Positions 1 through 11,145 of a DNA stretch of 49,249 nt are shown piece after piece. The notes below the pieces were generated by a model that was given only the letters and a program-made list of their open reading frames with translations, did no database searches and was not told where the DNA came from. Position 1 is the stretch's first letter, and every line of letters begins with the position of its first letter. Source of the DNA: Coniocarpon cinnabarinum (lineage: Eukaryota); assembly GCA_051942205.1 (NCBI GenBank), contig JAVECO010000171.1, forward strand, positions 1 through 49,249. The letters run 5' to 3'. The position numbers and the translations under genes are program-made.

Positions 1-2977
1 AGACTTTCTAAGCGTTAAATTTATACTTTAAAATATTAACTTATAGGCCTAATTTATAAAGCCTTTATAGAACTTTTTATATATACTATTAGTATTCCTA
101 GAGATTAGAGCTATAGATAAGAATATCGTCTATATAAGCTATATAAAAGATATTAAGAAAGCTATATAAAGCCTTATTAATATAGGCTTAAAAAGATGCT
201 AGACTGTTATAGAGACTAAAGGGTATTACTAGATATTTAAAGAGGCTATAACACGTTAAAAAGGCGGTCTTCTACTTATCCTCCTCTTAAATTTAAAGCT
301 TATTAAATACTAAGATAATATTAAGCTTTATATAATATTAAGCCTTTAATAGGCGGTCTAGGGTCTTAGTAACTAGAGGTAATAGGTAGCAGTTCTTAAT
401 AGTAACTTTATTAAGGCCTTAGTAGTTAACATAAAAGTAAAGATCTCTATTACTCTTTTAAATAAATAAAATTAGTGCTATAGTAGGTAAGCAAGAGATA
501 TAGATAAAGCCTTTACTAAGCTCTTTCTCTAGGTACCTGTAGAGGGCCTTAAGCTGCTTACAGTTTATAGGGTATATCTTATAATTTAGAGGCTTCTAAC
601 CTAGCTATAACTAGATTATATAGTCTTTAGCGTAGTAGAGAGGTAGTTCTTTAGCTTTTTGTTAGTTAAAAACGTCTAGAAAGTCCTAGTACTCCTTAGG
701 TAAGAAGTCTTATAGGTCTACGTCTTTAGAGATTTATATAGATATATTTCCTACACGTATAAATTAAATATCCTAGCGTATCGAATCTTAATTAAGAAGT
801 TAGTTAAAATCTTAAAGGCTAAGAGCAAAGGATTAAGCGTCTTTATAGTATACTTCTTAGGCAAACGTAGTAGCGTATAGACTAATAGCTAGGGGCTTAG
901 GCGGCTATAGCAGAGACTAGGGTACTAGAGACTTAGTAGTCTAGATAGGGCTAGTCTAGGGTTATTTAGGTATTAGCTTAGTAGCAGTTAGCTAGCGTTT
1001 CTAATTCTAATAATAAGCTATAGTAGTTTTAAATTTATAATACTGCTACTTAATACAAGGAAGTCTAAAGATAATTTCTTTACGTCTAAAATTAGCAATT
1101 AGTTAATACTTTTTAATCTAGGAAAGGCCTAGGACAAGTGGCCACTTTAAGATTAGGAGAATAAAGGTAGTAAGAAGCTCTTAATAGTAAGAAATTTATA
1201 ATTAAAAGATAGCAGTATAGATAATCTTAAACAAGGGCGCTCCCTTAAAATTATAGATAGTAACTAGATAAGAAAGCTTATAAAATAAAATATCTTAAAG
1301 AGATTATATAAGAGAAATATTAATAAAAGCAAAGCCTAAGGCTCCTATATTAAGTAAAGTATTAATTAGTCTACTAGCAACTATAGCTAAGATAAATATA
1401 TACCTATTTGCTTAGAGGTTAATTTAGAGTTAAGGGTTAATAGATTTAACTAGTTAGGTAAATTTCTTATATATAGGCTCTTGCTTATAACTTTTAGCAA
1501 GGGCTACTCTTTTAACTGTTCTTTGTACTAGGGAGGAGAGACTAGGCTAGTATCTAGAGTTTAGTTAGTAGCGGACTAGGACCTAGAAGGGGGGGATGCT
1601 ACAGACGCTTAAACATTCGTACTAAAAGAACAATAAATTATAATATAACCTAGTTAATTGTAATAAAGGTAATAGCCTAGTACTAGACGTATATCTTAGG
1701 CGGCTTAGGTAATACGTTTGTCTAGACCCTTTTGCTGCGACTGCTAGTTAAGATCTATACGATTACCTTCTTAGGAGACTATCTTCTTGCTACTAGGCTA
1801 GGCGGCTAAAAATTATAGTTTTAGTAAAGAAGCGGGAGCGGTGCGAACTAGGGCTATACTAGGAATAGATTAGGCACGGTTTAGAGCCTAGATAAGGCTA
1901 ATTAGCCTCTAGGATACCTATACTAAAGTTGTAGCTTAATAAGCTTAAATTCGTGCGTCTTGCTTCTTATAGATATAGTAGAATTCTTAGTAGTCTATTA
2001 GCAGGGCTTATATAATAAATAAGTCTTATAGCTTATTTAAGACATTATCTTAAAGAAATAGTATTATATACTATAGCTAATTAGTATAGAAAGAGTTCTA
2101 TAAGGTATCTTTAAACTTTACTAGGAACTTATAAAAAGGCTAGTTCTTTTACTTTAGGCTTAAGAGCTTATAGTTTACTTACTTATAGGCACTAGAGTCT
2201 TAGAAGTAGGTCTATAGGTATATAATAAATTACTTAAACGTCTAGACTATAGATTACTGCTAAGGGTTATTTAGGCTATAGAACTAGGTCTAGACTTATT
2301 ATACTACTTAGTCTAAAAGCCTTAAATAGGTATATTAAACCTTAGACGTCTCTATTAGAAAAAGCTTAATATTACCTTAAATCTTGTTTAAGAGCTTTAA
2401 GATAAAAAGTTTAAGCTTTTAGGGCTCTCTATTGTATAGCTCTAGGTCTAGAATCTTAGAGGTCGTCAACTAGGGCCTCTAGAGTGTCTATAGGGCCTAG
2501 ACTAGGTCTTAGATGCCTAATACTAGCTACTAGGTTAGGACTTAAACTAGGGGTTGCTAGGATTGCTAGAGTATTTAAAAAACTTAACTTAAGTCTATTA
2601 TAACTGCGTACTAGAAGTTTTAAGGGTTATTTAACTAAGCGGCGGTCTACTAGCTACTAGGAGGTATTTCTTAATAAAGAGCTATCTTGTTAGATACTCT
2701 AGGGACTAGGGACTAGACTAGACTAGGGACTAGACTAGAGGCTAAGCAGTTTGCGCTTGCTTAGAGCGGTAGAAGGGTAGATACAACGTAATATAAGAAT
2801 CGCGACCTAGAAGCTTTTATTACTACCTAAGGACGGCCTAACTACAAAGGACGTTGCATAGAGAAGAAGGAAGCTTCTCTATAACGAGTCTATCTCAAAT
2901 AATTGTGTGCTAAGCCCTTAGGGTTGTATACCCTATTACATCACGTGATACCCTGCATCCAGGTCTGAATTCTCACA
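1..2977 (-). mobile_element. RIP-degraded Ty3/Gypsy LTR retrotransposon (5' LTR, gag, protease, RT; continues beyond the left edge)
   Basis: Very AT-rich, TpA-rich and CpA/TpG-poor. Minus-strand translation gives RT motifs K*KTAF..YLVIPFSL..AYIDDILIYS (YIDDILIYS at 136-110), protease TLLNIGALGFAF (1360-1325; restores to LLDTGA) and a C-x2-C-x4-H-x4-C knuckle at 1671-1630 after reverting RIP-type transitions. Order gag-PR-RT with no integrase between PR and RT fits Gypsy. Confidence 0.93.
2792..2977 (-). repeat. 5' LTR (186 bp) of the Gypsy element
   Basis: Bounded by a terminal inverted repeat: TATAAGAAT (RIP-mutated TGTGAGAAT) at 2792-2800 and ATTCTCACA at 2969-2977, giving TG...CA ends. 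Lies directly upstream of gag on the minus strand. Confidence 0.8.
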
Positions 2978-3290
2978 TCTTCTACGTCTTCTAAGGCTTA
3001 TTACCTAATTAATAGGCTTATTATCTACTTTCTATAGCTCTAATAGCTATAAATATTATTTATTTATAGTACTATTAGTACTCTTAAGGGGGTATATTAT
3101 AATATAAGACTACTAATTAGGTAACTTTATTACTATATTAGGCAGTATATAAGCTAGGGCTAAGGATGGCTTATGCTTTTCTAGATAGTCACTCCTTATG
3201 TAGTTTTTTTAACTAATTAACCCTCTTTTACTATGCCCGGAAGGCCTGTATCACACCAGTTTTGTGATGCCTGATGTTCAAGGCATGAAA
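2978..3290 (-). mobile_element. Second RIP-degraded repeat fragment, probably interrupted by the LTR element
   Basis: TpA-rich sequence continues past the LTR end. A minus-strand frame from ATG 3286 reads MP*TSGITKLV*YRPSRA**KR, with stops explicable by C>T changes. Family not identifiable. Confidence 0.5.
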
Positions 3291-3836
3291 AGTCTCTGCC
3301 TGGAAGCATGGTGGCACGGTGGGAAGGTCGTAACGTGTGATCCGTCACAAAATTGCTAGTGGGACGTGAATATGGATGTACATAAAAGAAACGGTGCTTG
3401 TTTTTATATCGAAAAAAAAATCGGCATTGAATGCTTTGAATGCCCTCGAATCATTGTAAAATTACTTCTGGACTCTAATTGTGGCTATCCAAAAAAGATC
3501 AGAGACGCACCTTGACACACTCAAACTTCTTAGAAGGGGCCAGGGTCAGATATCGCCACCGGTATCCGTCTTCATACTGTAAGCAGCTGATAAATGTCGG
3601 TATGTCTCCAGCTATACACATCGGACGCGTGCTCCTAAGCGACAGATGTGACAGGTACTGAGACGCGGGTATGACCCCGTTTCGCCCGGCAGTGGTCCTG
3701 TTGCCTCTGTGCATTTGCATCGCCACGCTGCCTTGTCCGCAAGTGACCCCAGGATATAGTCCTTGACCACTACTGATCAATATGTGGCTCGTAATCTTCC
3801 CTCCCTTCACTGTTACCTTAGGATCTCATACCTGGC

Positions 3837-6425
3837 ATGGATGCGGGCTCGATTCTCGGGGTGGTTGCTATTGCTGGCCAAGTCATCAGGAATGTCTACG
3901 CGTATGGATCTGCGATTAATAAACACCAGTCTGAGGTATCTCGTCTTCGGTGCGAGCTATTTGGCCTTCAAGCCGCGCTGAAGCAGATCAACAGCGACCT
4001 TGGCTACGGGCAACAAACAATCGTTCCGAGCGGGTCTTTGCCACTACCAGTTACGAAGCAGGGCATATCTGTACCGTCAATTCTTACTTCTTCAGCCTCT
4101 CGTGCAGTGCTTTCTGAGGCGCACGGAGTTCTGAAAGATCTTGATGCGCGACTCTGTGTGGGACTTCGCCACAAAGACCGCTTGGGGATTGGTCGTCTTC
4201 TTTGGCCACTGAGACGAGAAGACATTCTAAACCTCGTGGGTCATTTAGAACGTTTCAAGACATACTTCATCATGGCAGCAACCACCAACACAACTTTCAT
4301 GACTACTAACGTTGGGAAGGATGTCGAGGACGTCAAGTCATCTATTGCTGTCATGCAGGAAGCAGATAAACAGCAACTACTCTGCCAAAAGGTCAGAAAC
4401 TGGCCAAGCCCATGTGAACCAGGAGCTCTCCATACCTCTGCGCTTTCCCATCGGCTTGATGGTACAAACGCTTGGTTCCTGGATGATACGTTCCACGTAT
4501 GGCTTCTGGAGAAGGGCAAGCTGCTGATGCTCACGGGAAAACCAGGGTCTGGTAAGACATGTATGATGGCCGCTTGTATTGATCGGTAAGTCACGAGGAC
4601 TTTTGATGCCTAAGCTGTCTGGCTAATTTTGAGTACATCATAGCGCGGCATCATTGACGCCTGAGACAAAAGTGGCGTTCTTTTACTGCTCTAAGAACGA
4701 CGCTGATTCGCAAAAACCAGCTAACATTGTGGGCTCAATGGCCGCGCAGCTTTGTGATCTGAATCGAGAACTTCGTGATCGTGCTCTTCAAACGTATTTG
4801 AATGCACAGAAAGCTTGGCATTTGCATTCGAGCACGGCCGGCATGCAAACATCAGTTGAGCTCTTTGATGCACTCTGCAATGATAAGCCTGATCCTGTAA
4901 TCTTGTTTGTGGATGCCATTAACGAATGTGGTGACGAGAGCGACAATGCCACCGACTACCTCGTCAACCTTGCCACAAGGCATGCAAATATAAGTCTCAT
5001 GTTGGTGAGCACCGCAATCACCCAGGCACGAGCTAGCGTGGAGGATCATTGTCAAGGAACAGTGGCGAGCATGGATGTATCTCTGGTCAAAGTCGATATT
5101 AGAACGGACGTCAACTTTCGACTGGCCCATGATTCACTGCTGCAGTCACTTCCTCAAAGTTTGAAAGACCAAATCAAATTAAGGATTGAACAACAGTCAC
5201 AAGGCTCCTTTCGCTGGACTCAATGCACTCTGGATGGTCTGGCGCGAATGAGGACCTCGAAAGCGGTCAAGACAGCATTGGCATGTCTCCCACCGACACT
5301 CGAAAGTATTTATAGCTTCACGCTTAATGCAATCCCGGAGGATGCGGCCGACGCTGTGCAGAGCATGCTGAGTTGCATCGTGTCGTCTTTGCGCCCATTG
5401 AGACTTAACGAGCTGTCCGAGGCCGCTGCTTTCACATTTTCGACAGATTTTGGGCCCGAGGATCGTTTTCTGATGCCAAATTCGCTGGCACGCCACCTCC
5501 AAAACCTAGTCTACTATGAGCCAACGACGCAGACACTTGAGCTTGCGCACTCATCTGTGCGCGATTTTCTGACGTCTGATCAACGCGATTCGCACTCAAA
5601 AGGCTGCATCCGGCCTTTGGACGCGATGGACACGATGACGCAACTGTGTGTCAGCTATCTCTCGCTCCCTGCCTTCAGCAATATTTGCGAGAATAACCAA
5701 GCTCTGTTGAAGCGAAAGGAAGAATGGCCGTTTTTCGAGTACGCGTCTTTCTACTGGACCAGACACGCTCGACTTCCCAATGACATGAGTTTGAAGACAA
5801 GAACAGCAATCACAGGCTTCTTGATGACCTCAAAATTGGATCGCGGAGGGAACTTTGCGGCTTGGTATCAATGCGTGAATCCTGAAGGAGATCCACGCAT
5901 TTGGATGTCGAATCCATTGTATATGTGCGCGCGGGAGGGACTTGTAGATCTAATCCATGTACTCCTTTCGTCCGGTAAGTAATTCAGCAGTTGTCTAAGA
6001 TTGAGACTCGCACAGATAGATTAGCACAGAAGACGCTAACAAATTTCTAAGGGGAGAACTGGCTGCTGGAAGAACGCGGCGGCTCACGTGGCTCCACACC
6101 ACTGCACGTTGCTGCAACGTATAACGAAAAAGACGCTGTTCAAGCGTTGCTGGACGCAGGCGCCAATCCTAACGAGCGTAATGACTTTGGCGAAAGCGGG
6201 ATTCAGTGGGCACAGTTCTATGGCTGGACTGACATCGTACAAATGTTGCTGGAAGCTGGTGCCGATGGCAGTCTTCTGGATCAGGATGGAAACCGCGACA
6301 TTTTTCGTCAAATGCAGGAACATTATTCAGTACCTTCGGTACGTCACTCGTCAACCGATTACGAAAGTGGCACATGCAGTGATGACGATGGTGTCGACGC
6401 GAGCGACTCCACAAATAGGGGTTGA
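3837..6425 (+). CDS. NLR-like STAND protein: N-terminal HeLo-like/SesA domain, NACHT NTPase, short ankyrin region (~817 aa; exons 3837-4585, 4644-5974, 6052-6425)
   Basis: N-terminus SILGVVAIAGQV..EVSRLRCELFGL; Walker A GKPGSGKT; VAFFYC; Walker B-like ILFVDAINEC; GSFRW, LPPTL..IY, LAHSSVRDFL, YASFYW; ankyrin STPLHVAA and VQMLLEAGAD. Both introns restore frame. Confidence 0.9.
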
Positions 6426-6658
6426 TCCAGAATTTCAAGCGCACGGCGTTCCAGTCAATTGCTTCTTTGTAATTTCCTTACACCACGGAATCCTTGCGGC
6501 GGGTTTTGAAGAAAGAGAGCGGCCAAGAGGGTCTGCATGAGCCTCTCCCTATTAGCGTCGTTATCTTGAATATGTTGGAGCGGAAAGCTGCAATCTTTCC
6601 CATGCATAAGTCAACTACGAAGAGCATCCGCGTGCTACCTCGTTCTTCTCGTTGAGAT

Positions 6659-7795
6659 CTAGATCAAGTCTACGGATTTCACATGGATCCTAGTAGGGTT
6701 CCCTCTTGAATCTTTGTGTTCTTTGGCGAATTGATGCTGTCTAACTCGATGGAAGTATAGTTCGTTCCCAGGGAGCTTTTCAAGAAATACAGCCATATAG
6801 TGGGTCTCATCGACGGGACAGTCGAGGCTTGCCAGGTACAGATTGGAACCCTGGAATCGATGAAGTGGTAATTCGATCGGCACGCCCTTGTTGGTCAGTT
6901 GGAAAGGCGGGCCATCTCTTTGATAAGGTTTGTGGCAGTAGTGACCGGTACTTCTGAACGAGTCGGGCGAAGCCGCTAACAGACCTGAGGGGGTTTCTGT
7001 CGGCTTGTTGAACTTCCAAGCAAAAATAGAATGGTCGTCATTGTATTTTATGATCTCTTCTTGCAATCTGCGAAAGGCGCGCGCTGCTCCCTCTCCGTAT
7101 AGTAAAGGCATGTTCACCCCAAATAAGCCCAGTAAGCAATATGCCACATCTTCTGGCTCAGAGGTTTGCCGATTTGATGCCCATGACATGCGTTGACTGA
7201 CACTAGCATTGCTGATGCTTTCTCTTTGAGATAGAAATCTTCTGCTGATCCTGGTGCGGCTTTCGATCTGGTTCCGGAGAGCCTCCTTGTCCCCGATCAC
7301 ATTCCAGTCTTTGGTGAAGAACATTACATTTTTCGGTGCTACAAGCTCTTGTAGAGTCCAGCCTCGGCTGAACCATCTGCTATCACTAAAGCATTGTATA
7401 CCAGCAGACGGATAGTCGGATAAGTAGGCAAAACACACCTCTGCATTCTTGTACCATTCGAACATGGAGTTGACAGCGACCGAAACCTCAAAAGGATTGC
7501 GCTGATCGATGCAGACAGTATCTAGCCATAGATGTTTAAAATCTCCGCCTTGATAATCCAGGACACGTTGGCAAGCTTTACCCAGTCTGAAAGCACTAGC
7601 TGCTTTAGAGACGGGTACTGAGCTTTTCTGTTCGTTGATCGCGACTATGTCATCGTATTTGACCTCCGGCTCACTCCATGTATGGGATATTATGACATAT
7701 GGGGTCTTATCAAGAGTCTGAAGCTTAATTACCTCATCGTAGCTCTGTGAGACTTCTCGCGCGAGCCAGCTTTCAGCATTTAGTAAGCGAATCAT
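6659..7795 (-). CDS. Stand-alone HET-domain (heterokaryon incompatibility) protein, 378 aa
   Basis: MIRLLN, YVIISHTW, WLDTVCIDQ, SMFEWYKNAEVCFAYLSD, WFSRGWTLQELVAP, SQRMSWA, EDVAYCLLGLFGVNMPLLYGEG..AFRRLQEEI, DHSIFAW. Intronless ORF. Confidence 0.93.
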   Translation of the reverse strand: MIRLLNAESWLAREVSQSYDEVIKLQTLDKTPYVIISHTWSEPEVKYDDIVAINEQKSSVPVSKAASAFRLGKACQRVLDYQGGDFKHLWLDTVCIDQRNPFEVSVAVNSMFEWYKNAEVCFAYLSDYPSAGIQCFSDSRWFSRGWTLQELVAPKNVMFFTKDWNVIGDKEALRNQIESRTRISRRFLSQRESISNASVSQRMSWASNRQTSEPEDVAYCLLGLFGVNMPLLYGEGAARAFRRLQEEIIKYNDDHSIFAWKFNKPTETPSGLLAASPDSFRSTGHYCHKPYQRDGPPFQLTNKGVPIELPLHRFQGSNLYLASLDCPVDETHYMAVFLEKLPGNELYFHRVRQHQFAKEHKDSRGNPTRIHVKSVDLI

Positions 7796-8207
7796 CTTGA
7801 GAATAAGCTTTCTACTACAAGGTCATGGTTTTTTCCCGCTGAGCCTTGTGATTCTTCGATACACTCTTAGAACCGTGGGACGCCGGTGTGTGACCTAGGA
7901 GAAGATTAAGACATCGGTCGCAGCACGAGTCGGAAAGGTACGTACTCTGAGGCTCAGCCTCGGTCAGTCTTCAAACTTGGCAATTAAAATGAGGCTTGGT
8001 GATCTCGGCAGATGGGTCGCAAGGCAGACAGTGCATGAGGCAGATATGGCTAAGCGGAGATGACGTGTACAGCTGCCTGTCAGGACTTGGGGCTGCAGAC
8101 GTGACTGTGGTTGGACAAGCGTCTATTAAAGGAGCACTCGAGCTCAGCTTCGTTTCTGCTATGAGAAACACTCTTGTGGGCCTTGAAATGGACAGACCAC
8201 TAAAATA

Positions 8208-9118
8208 ATGTCGCCCGAAACACTGCCGAACATTGCTTTGAAAAGGACGGCTACACCTGAAGAGGAACCGAGCGGGGGAGCTCCCATTCAACATGAAAGA
8301 AATGCGAAAGGGTGTGATTTAAGCCCTGTTAGAGTGCAGACTGACGCCCGTGGGCATACAAGCGTAAGAAGTGGAAAGACTGATGGTGCAATGGGTTGTA
8401 AATACGGCGAAGTGAGTGACTCTGGCCCCTGCGAGTGGCCACAATGTGCTGTCCAGGAAGATCCAAAAATATCCAGAAACCAGGAAGAACCACCCAGCAC
8501 ATACACGGAGGCCGTCAACGTAGAGCCGACTTTATATGAGATTTGTTCAGACCAGCAGCCGCCAGCGGTGCCTGGAATTCCCATTAAACGGCATAGCAAC
8601 GGCGTCGGCGATGCAGGTACTATTGATCAGCGAGTAAACTTCGCTACGACTTCTCAGGAGAGAGTAGAGACCAGGCCTTCAGATACAGATATGGTGTCTC
8701 TCGCCAATGCGGGTCCCGTCAGACCCCTAGACAAATTGGGTAAAGCACCTGACTGGATTGACTGCCCACATTGCAAAAGCCGTCAAAAGACATTTGTTGT
8801 CGAGGTTGACAGCGCTCAGACGAGCCTTGAGACATCGTACGTGGACTTCAGAGTCTGAAGAGAAACAGTTCACTGTTGATTGGCGATGACAGGCTAGCAG
8901 CACTGGCGTGTTGCGTTTTCTGTGGTCCTTGCTGTGCTATGTTCCCAATATTAGCCTCAGAAAAAGGTTACAAAGATAAGCGCCGTGAGTATATTTCGTC
9001 AATACCTTTGAATGCATGTGCAGAGATGCACTAACTTAACGTTGTAGACTCTTGCTCTAAGTGTCACACATTCGTAAAGAAAGTGAAACACGACGAGCCA
9101 TCGCCGCGGTGCGTCTGA
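8208..9118 (+). CDS. LITAF-like zinc-ribbon membrane-associated protein (3 exons)
   Basis: IDCPHC in exon 1. After two GT-AG introns it continues LAALACCVFCGPCCAMFPIL...KRHSCSKC, giving CxxC, hydrophobic segment, HxCxxC. Stop TGA at 9116-9118. Confidence 0.85.
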
Positions 9119-9483
9119 TGGTGATGTTAAAGAACCTCGAATTTGCCTGCTAACGAGGCTTGACGAACAGTGATGGTGGAACGCTAGTTCCCTCTCAATA
9201 TATTGTTGGTGAGATCGGCCTGGCAAAAGGCGCCCACAAAGAGAACAGTCAGACGAACACATGACTGGACACATAGAACCTATGGAGAGCATTGGCTGAT
9301 GTCATTCACAACTGCTGTTGTGTCTTTCTCATAGAACGTAGAGAAAAGGGAAGAGTCAGGGCAGGCGCAGGTGCCTGAGCATGGGAAAATAGTACCTCTG
9401 GTAGCGTGGCGAGCACTTGAGGCTTCATTCAACTTGCTTGCGATTCGAGGCAACCGGCATAATCTACCTCGGCGCAGCAACAC

Positions 9484-10587
9484 TCAATATGCATGGCCCC
9501 AGCCATCTCTTCTAGTCGCAACTCCATCCACTTTCGCTCGTTCCATTCGTCTCTTTAATGCTCGGCACGCCAGCGCTACACCATCCCACATATCCACGAT
9601 AGGCTCAAAGCCCAGCAATTCTCTCGCTTTCGTCAGATCTGCATATCTCGTCCCAATAGCATCTCCCACGCTTCCCCGACACAAGGTCGTCTTGCCTCCC
9701 AGCATTCTCGCCCAGAGCTCTGCCACTCCGCCTACCAGCCATGCCAACCTCGCAGGTACGACAACGGAGAATGGAGGCACGTGGTCGAACTGCGCCCATA
9801 TTGCCAAGCAAAAGTCGCGGAATGTGATAGGTTGATCGTTTGAGATGAGGATTGCCTGACCTGCACATGTCTTGGTGGTGAAGAGGTTCTCTGCAGCAAG
9901 CGCATGAGCGTACCCGACATTGGTGACGTGCGTGAAGTCATACAGATTGTCGCCGTTGCCGATCACGAATGGTGTTTCATACTTGGCGATACATGCATGA
10001 ATGCTGGGAACGAGTTGATAGTCTTGGTCACCCAGTATCGTTGATGGCTTGAGGGAGCAAGTCGCGAGGCTAGCACTGTTCGCTTCCAACACCAGCTTCT
10101 CGGCTGCAGCCTTCGAGGCACCGTAGATGAGTGACTTTGCAGGGTACGGCACATTTTCATTGAAGTTTGGATACTCATGATCCAGGTCGTCAGTGATGCT
10201 TGTGCATGACCCGGTAAAGAGAAAGTTGGGTGTGCCATAGGCTTTTGCGGCATCGAGCATGTTCTGCGTGCCGCCTATGTTGAGTGGGAAGAGATCGTCT
10301 CGATTGCGTTGCGCATGAGAGTAGCGTGTCAGTCCGCCCGGAACACGTCCTGCTGTGTGAATGACGAGGTCGGGCTTAGTCCGCCGAACAGCGTCGAGAC
10401 ATTGTTGTGGGACCTTGACATCGGTCGAGACATAGTTGATATCTTTATGATTAGGTATGTCATGGGAAGGCGGATCAAGATCTGCAATGGTGATATCCCA
10501 GTTTGGATGGCGTTCAGAAAGTTGCTTGATGATGGCGATACCCAGAAAGCCAGAGCCGCCGGTGATCAATATCCGTTTGGTGCTCAT
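9484..10587 (-). CDS. 3-beta-hydroxysteroid dehydrogenase / C-3 sterol dehydrogenase (ERG26-like extended SDR)
   Basis: ILITGGSGFLG Rossmann motif, catalytic YGASK, IGNGDNLYDFTHVTNV..AHALAAENL, KARELLGFEP. Start taken at ATG 10587. Confidence 0.85.
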   Translation of the reverse strand: MSTKRILITGGSGFLGIAIIKQLSERHPNWDITIADLDPPSHDIPNHKDINYVSTDVKVPQQCLDAVRRTKPDLVIHTAGRVPGGLTRYSHAQRNRDDLFPLNIGGTQNMLDAAKAYGTPNFLFTGSCTSITDDLDHEYPNFNENVPYPAKSLIYGASKAAAEKLVLEANSASLATCSLKPSTILGDQDYQLVPSIHACIAKYETPFVIGNGDNLYDFTHVTNVGYAHALAAENLFTTKTCAGQAILISNDQPITFRDFCLAIWAQFDHVPPFSVVVPARLAWLVGGVAELWARMLGGKTTLCRGSVGDAIGTRYADLTKARELLGFEPIVDMWDGVALACRALKRRMERAKVDGVATRRDGWGHAY

Positions 10588-11145
10588 GGGTTCGTCTGAT
10601 GGGCATGGTCTGTACAAAACACATGCAAAGCAGTCGCTCCGCGAAACATTCCGTGTCACCCGGCTTTATGTAGGATTCCGTTGCAGTGACTCTAGCTCCT
10701 CTGAGCCTTGCCAGCGGCCCACAAACACGCTATGGGGCCAGCCTATAGTCTTCAAAGGATAGCGACAGGCGAAGCCGAATAAGGATGATTTTGATCTTAT
10801 AGCCAACGTCTATATCGATGAGGTCAGAAAATGCAGCCAAAACAAACACACGCTGCAGGTTGACCTCACGTATCAAGAACGCGTGGACCGAAGGACGGCA
10901 AGCGCCGATCTAGCCGCATTTGTGGAGTCTCGCGGACGTCAGTCCAATGGCAAAGTTCAAGACTTGAACAGCCGCGGAGTGGTCAAACGAAGACCCATAT
11001 CTAGCGGCGATTCGGCACCAACGTCCGGGCAAACGATTAAGCGGGGCATCAGTGATCAATTGCAAGAGATGGTGTAATTTGAAGCCTCGCGTAGCACACA
11101 AGGTTCCGCCATTTAGCATTCCAGTGCTCGCTTTCTCCCACTGCA

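Noticed and set aside
1490..1530. gag-pol frameshift site (minus strand TTAAAAAGAGTAG)
   Set aside because: Position is plausible, but RIP damage prevents establishing frames or the slippery heptamer.
2699..2742. GACTAG-type short repeats resembling an array
   Set aside because: Low-complexity, RIP-homogenised retroelement leader/gag sequence with no spacers; not CRISPR.
3837..7795. Amyloid signalling motif (HRAM/PP/sigma) linking the NLR and the HET gene
   Set aside because: No N/Q/G-rich pseudo-repeat at the NLR N-terminus or at either end of the HET protein.
3290..9200. Starship or other giant-transposon boundary carrying NLR/HET cargo
   Set aside because: No DUF3435 tyrosine recombinase or paired terminal repeats are visible, and core genes follow immediately.
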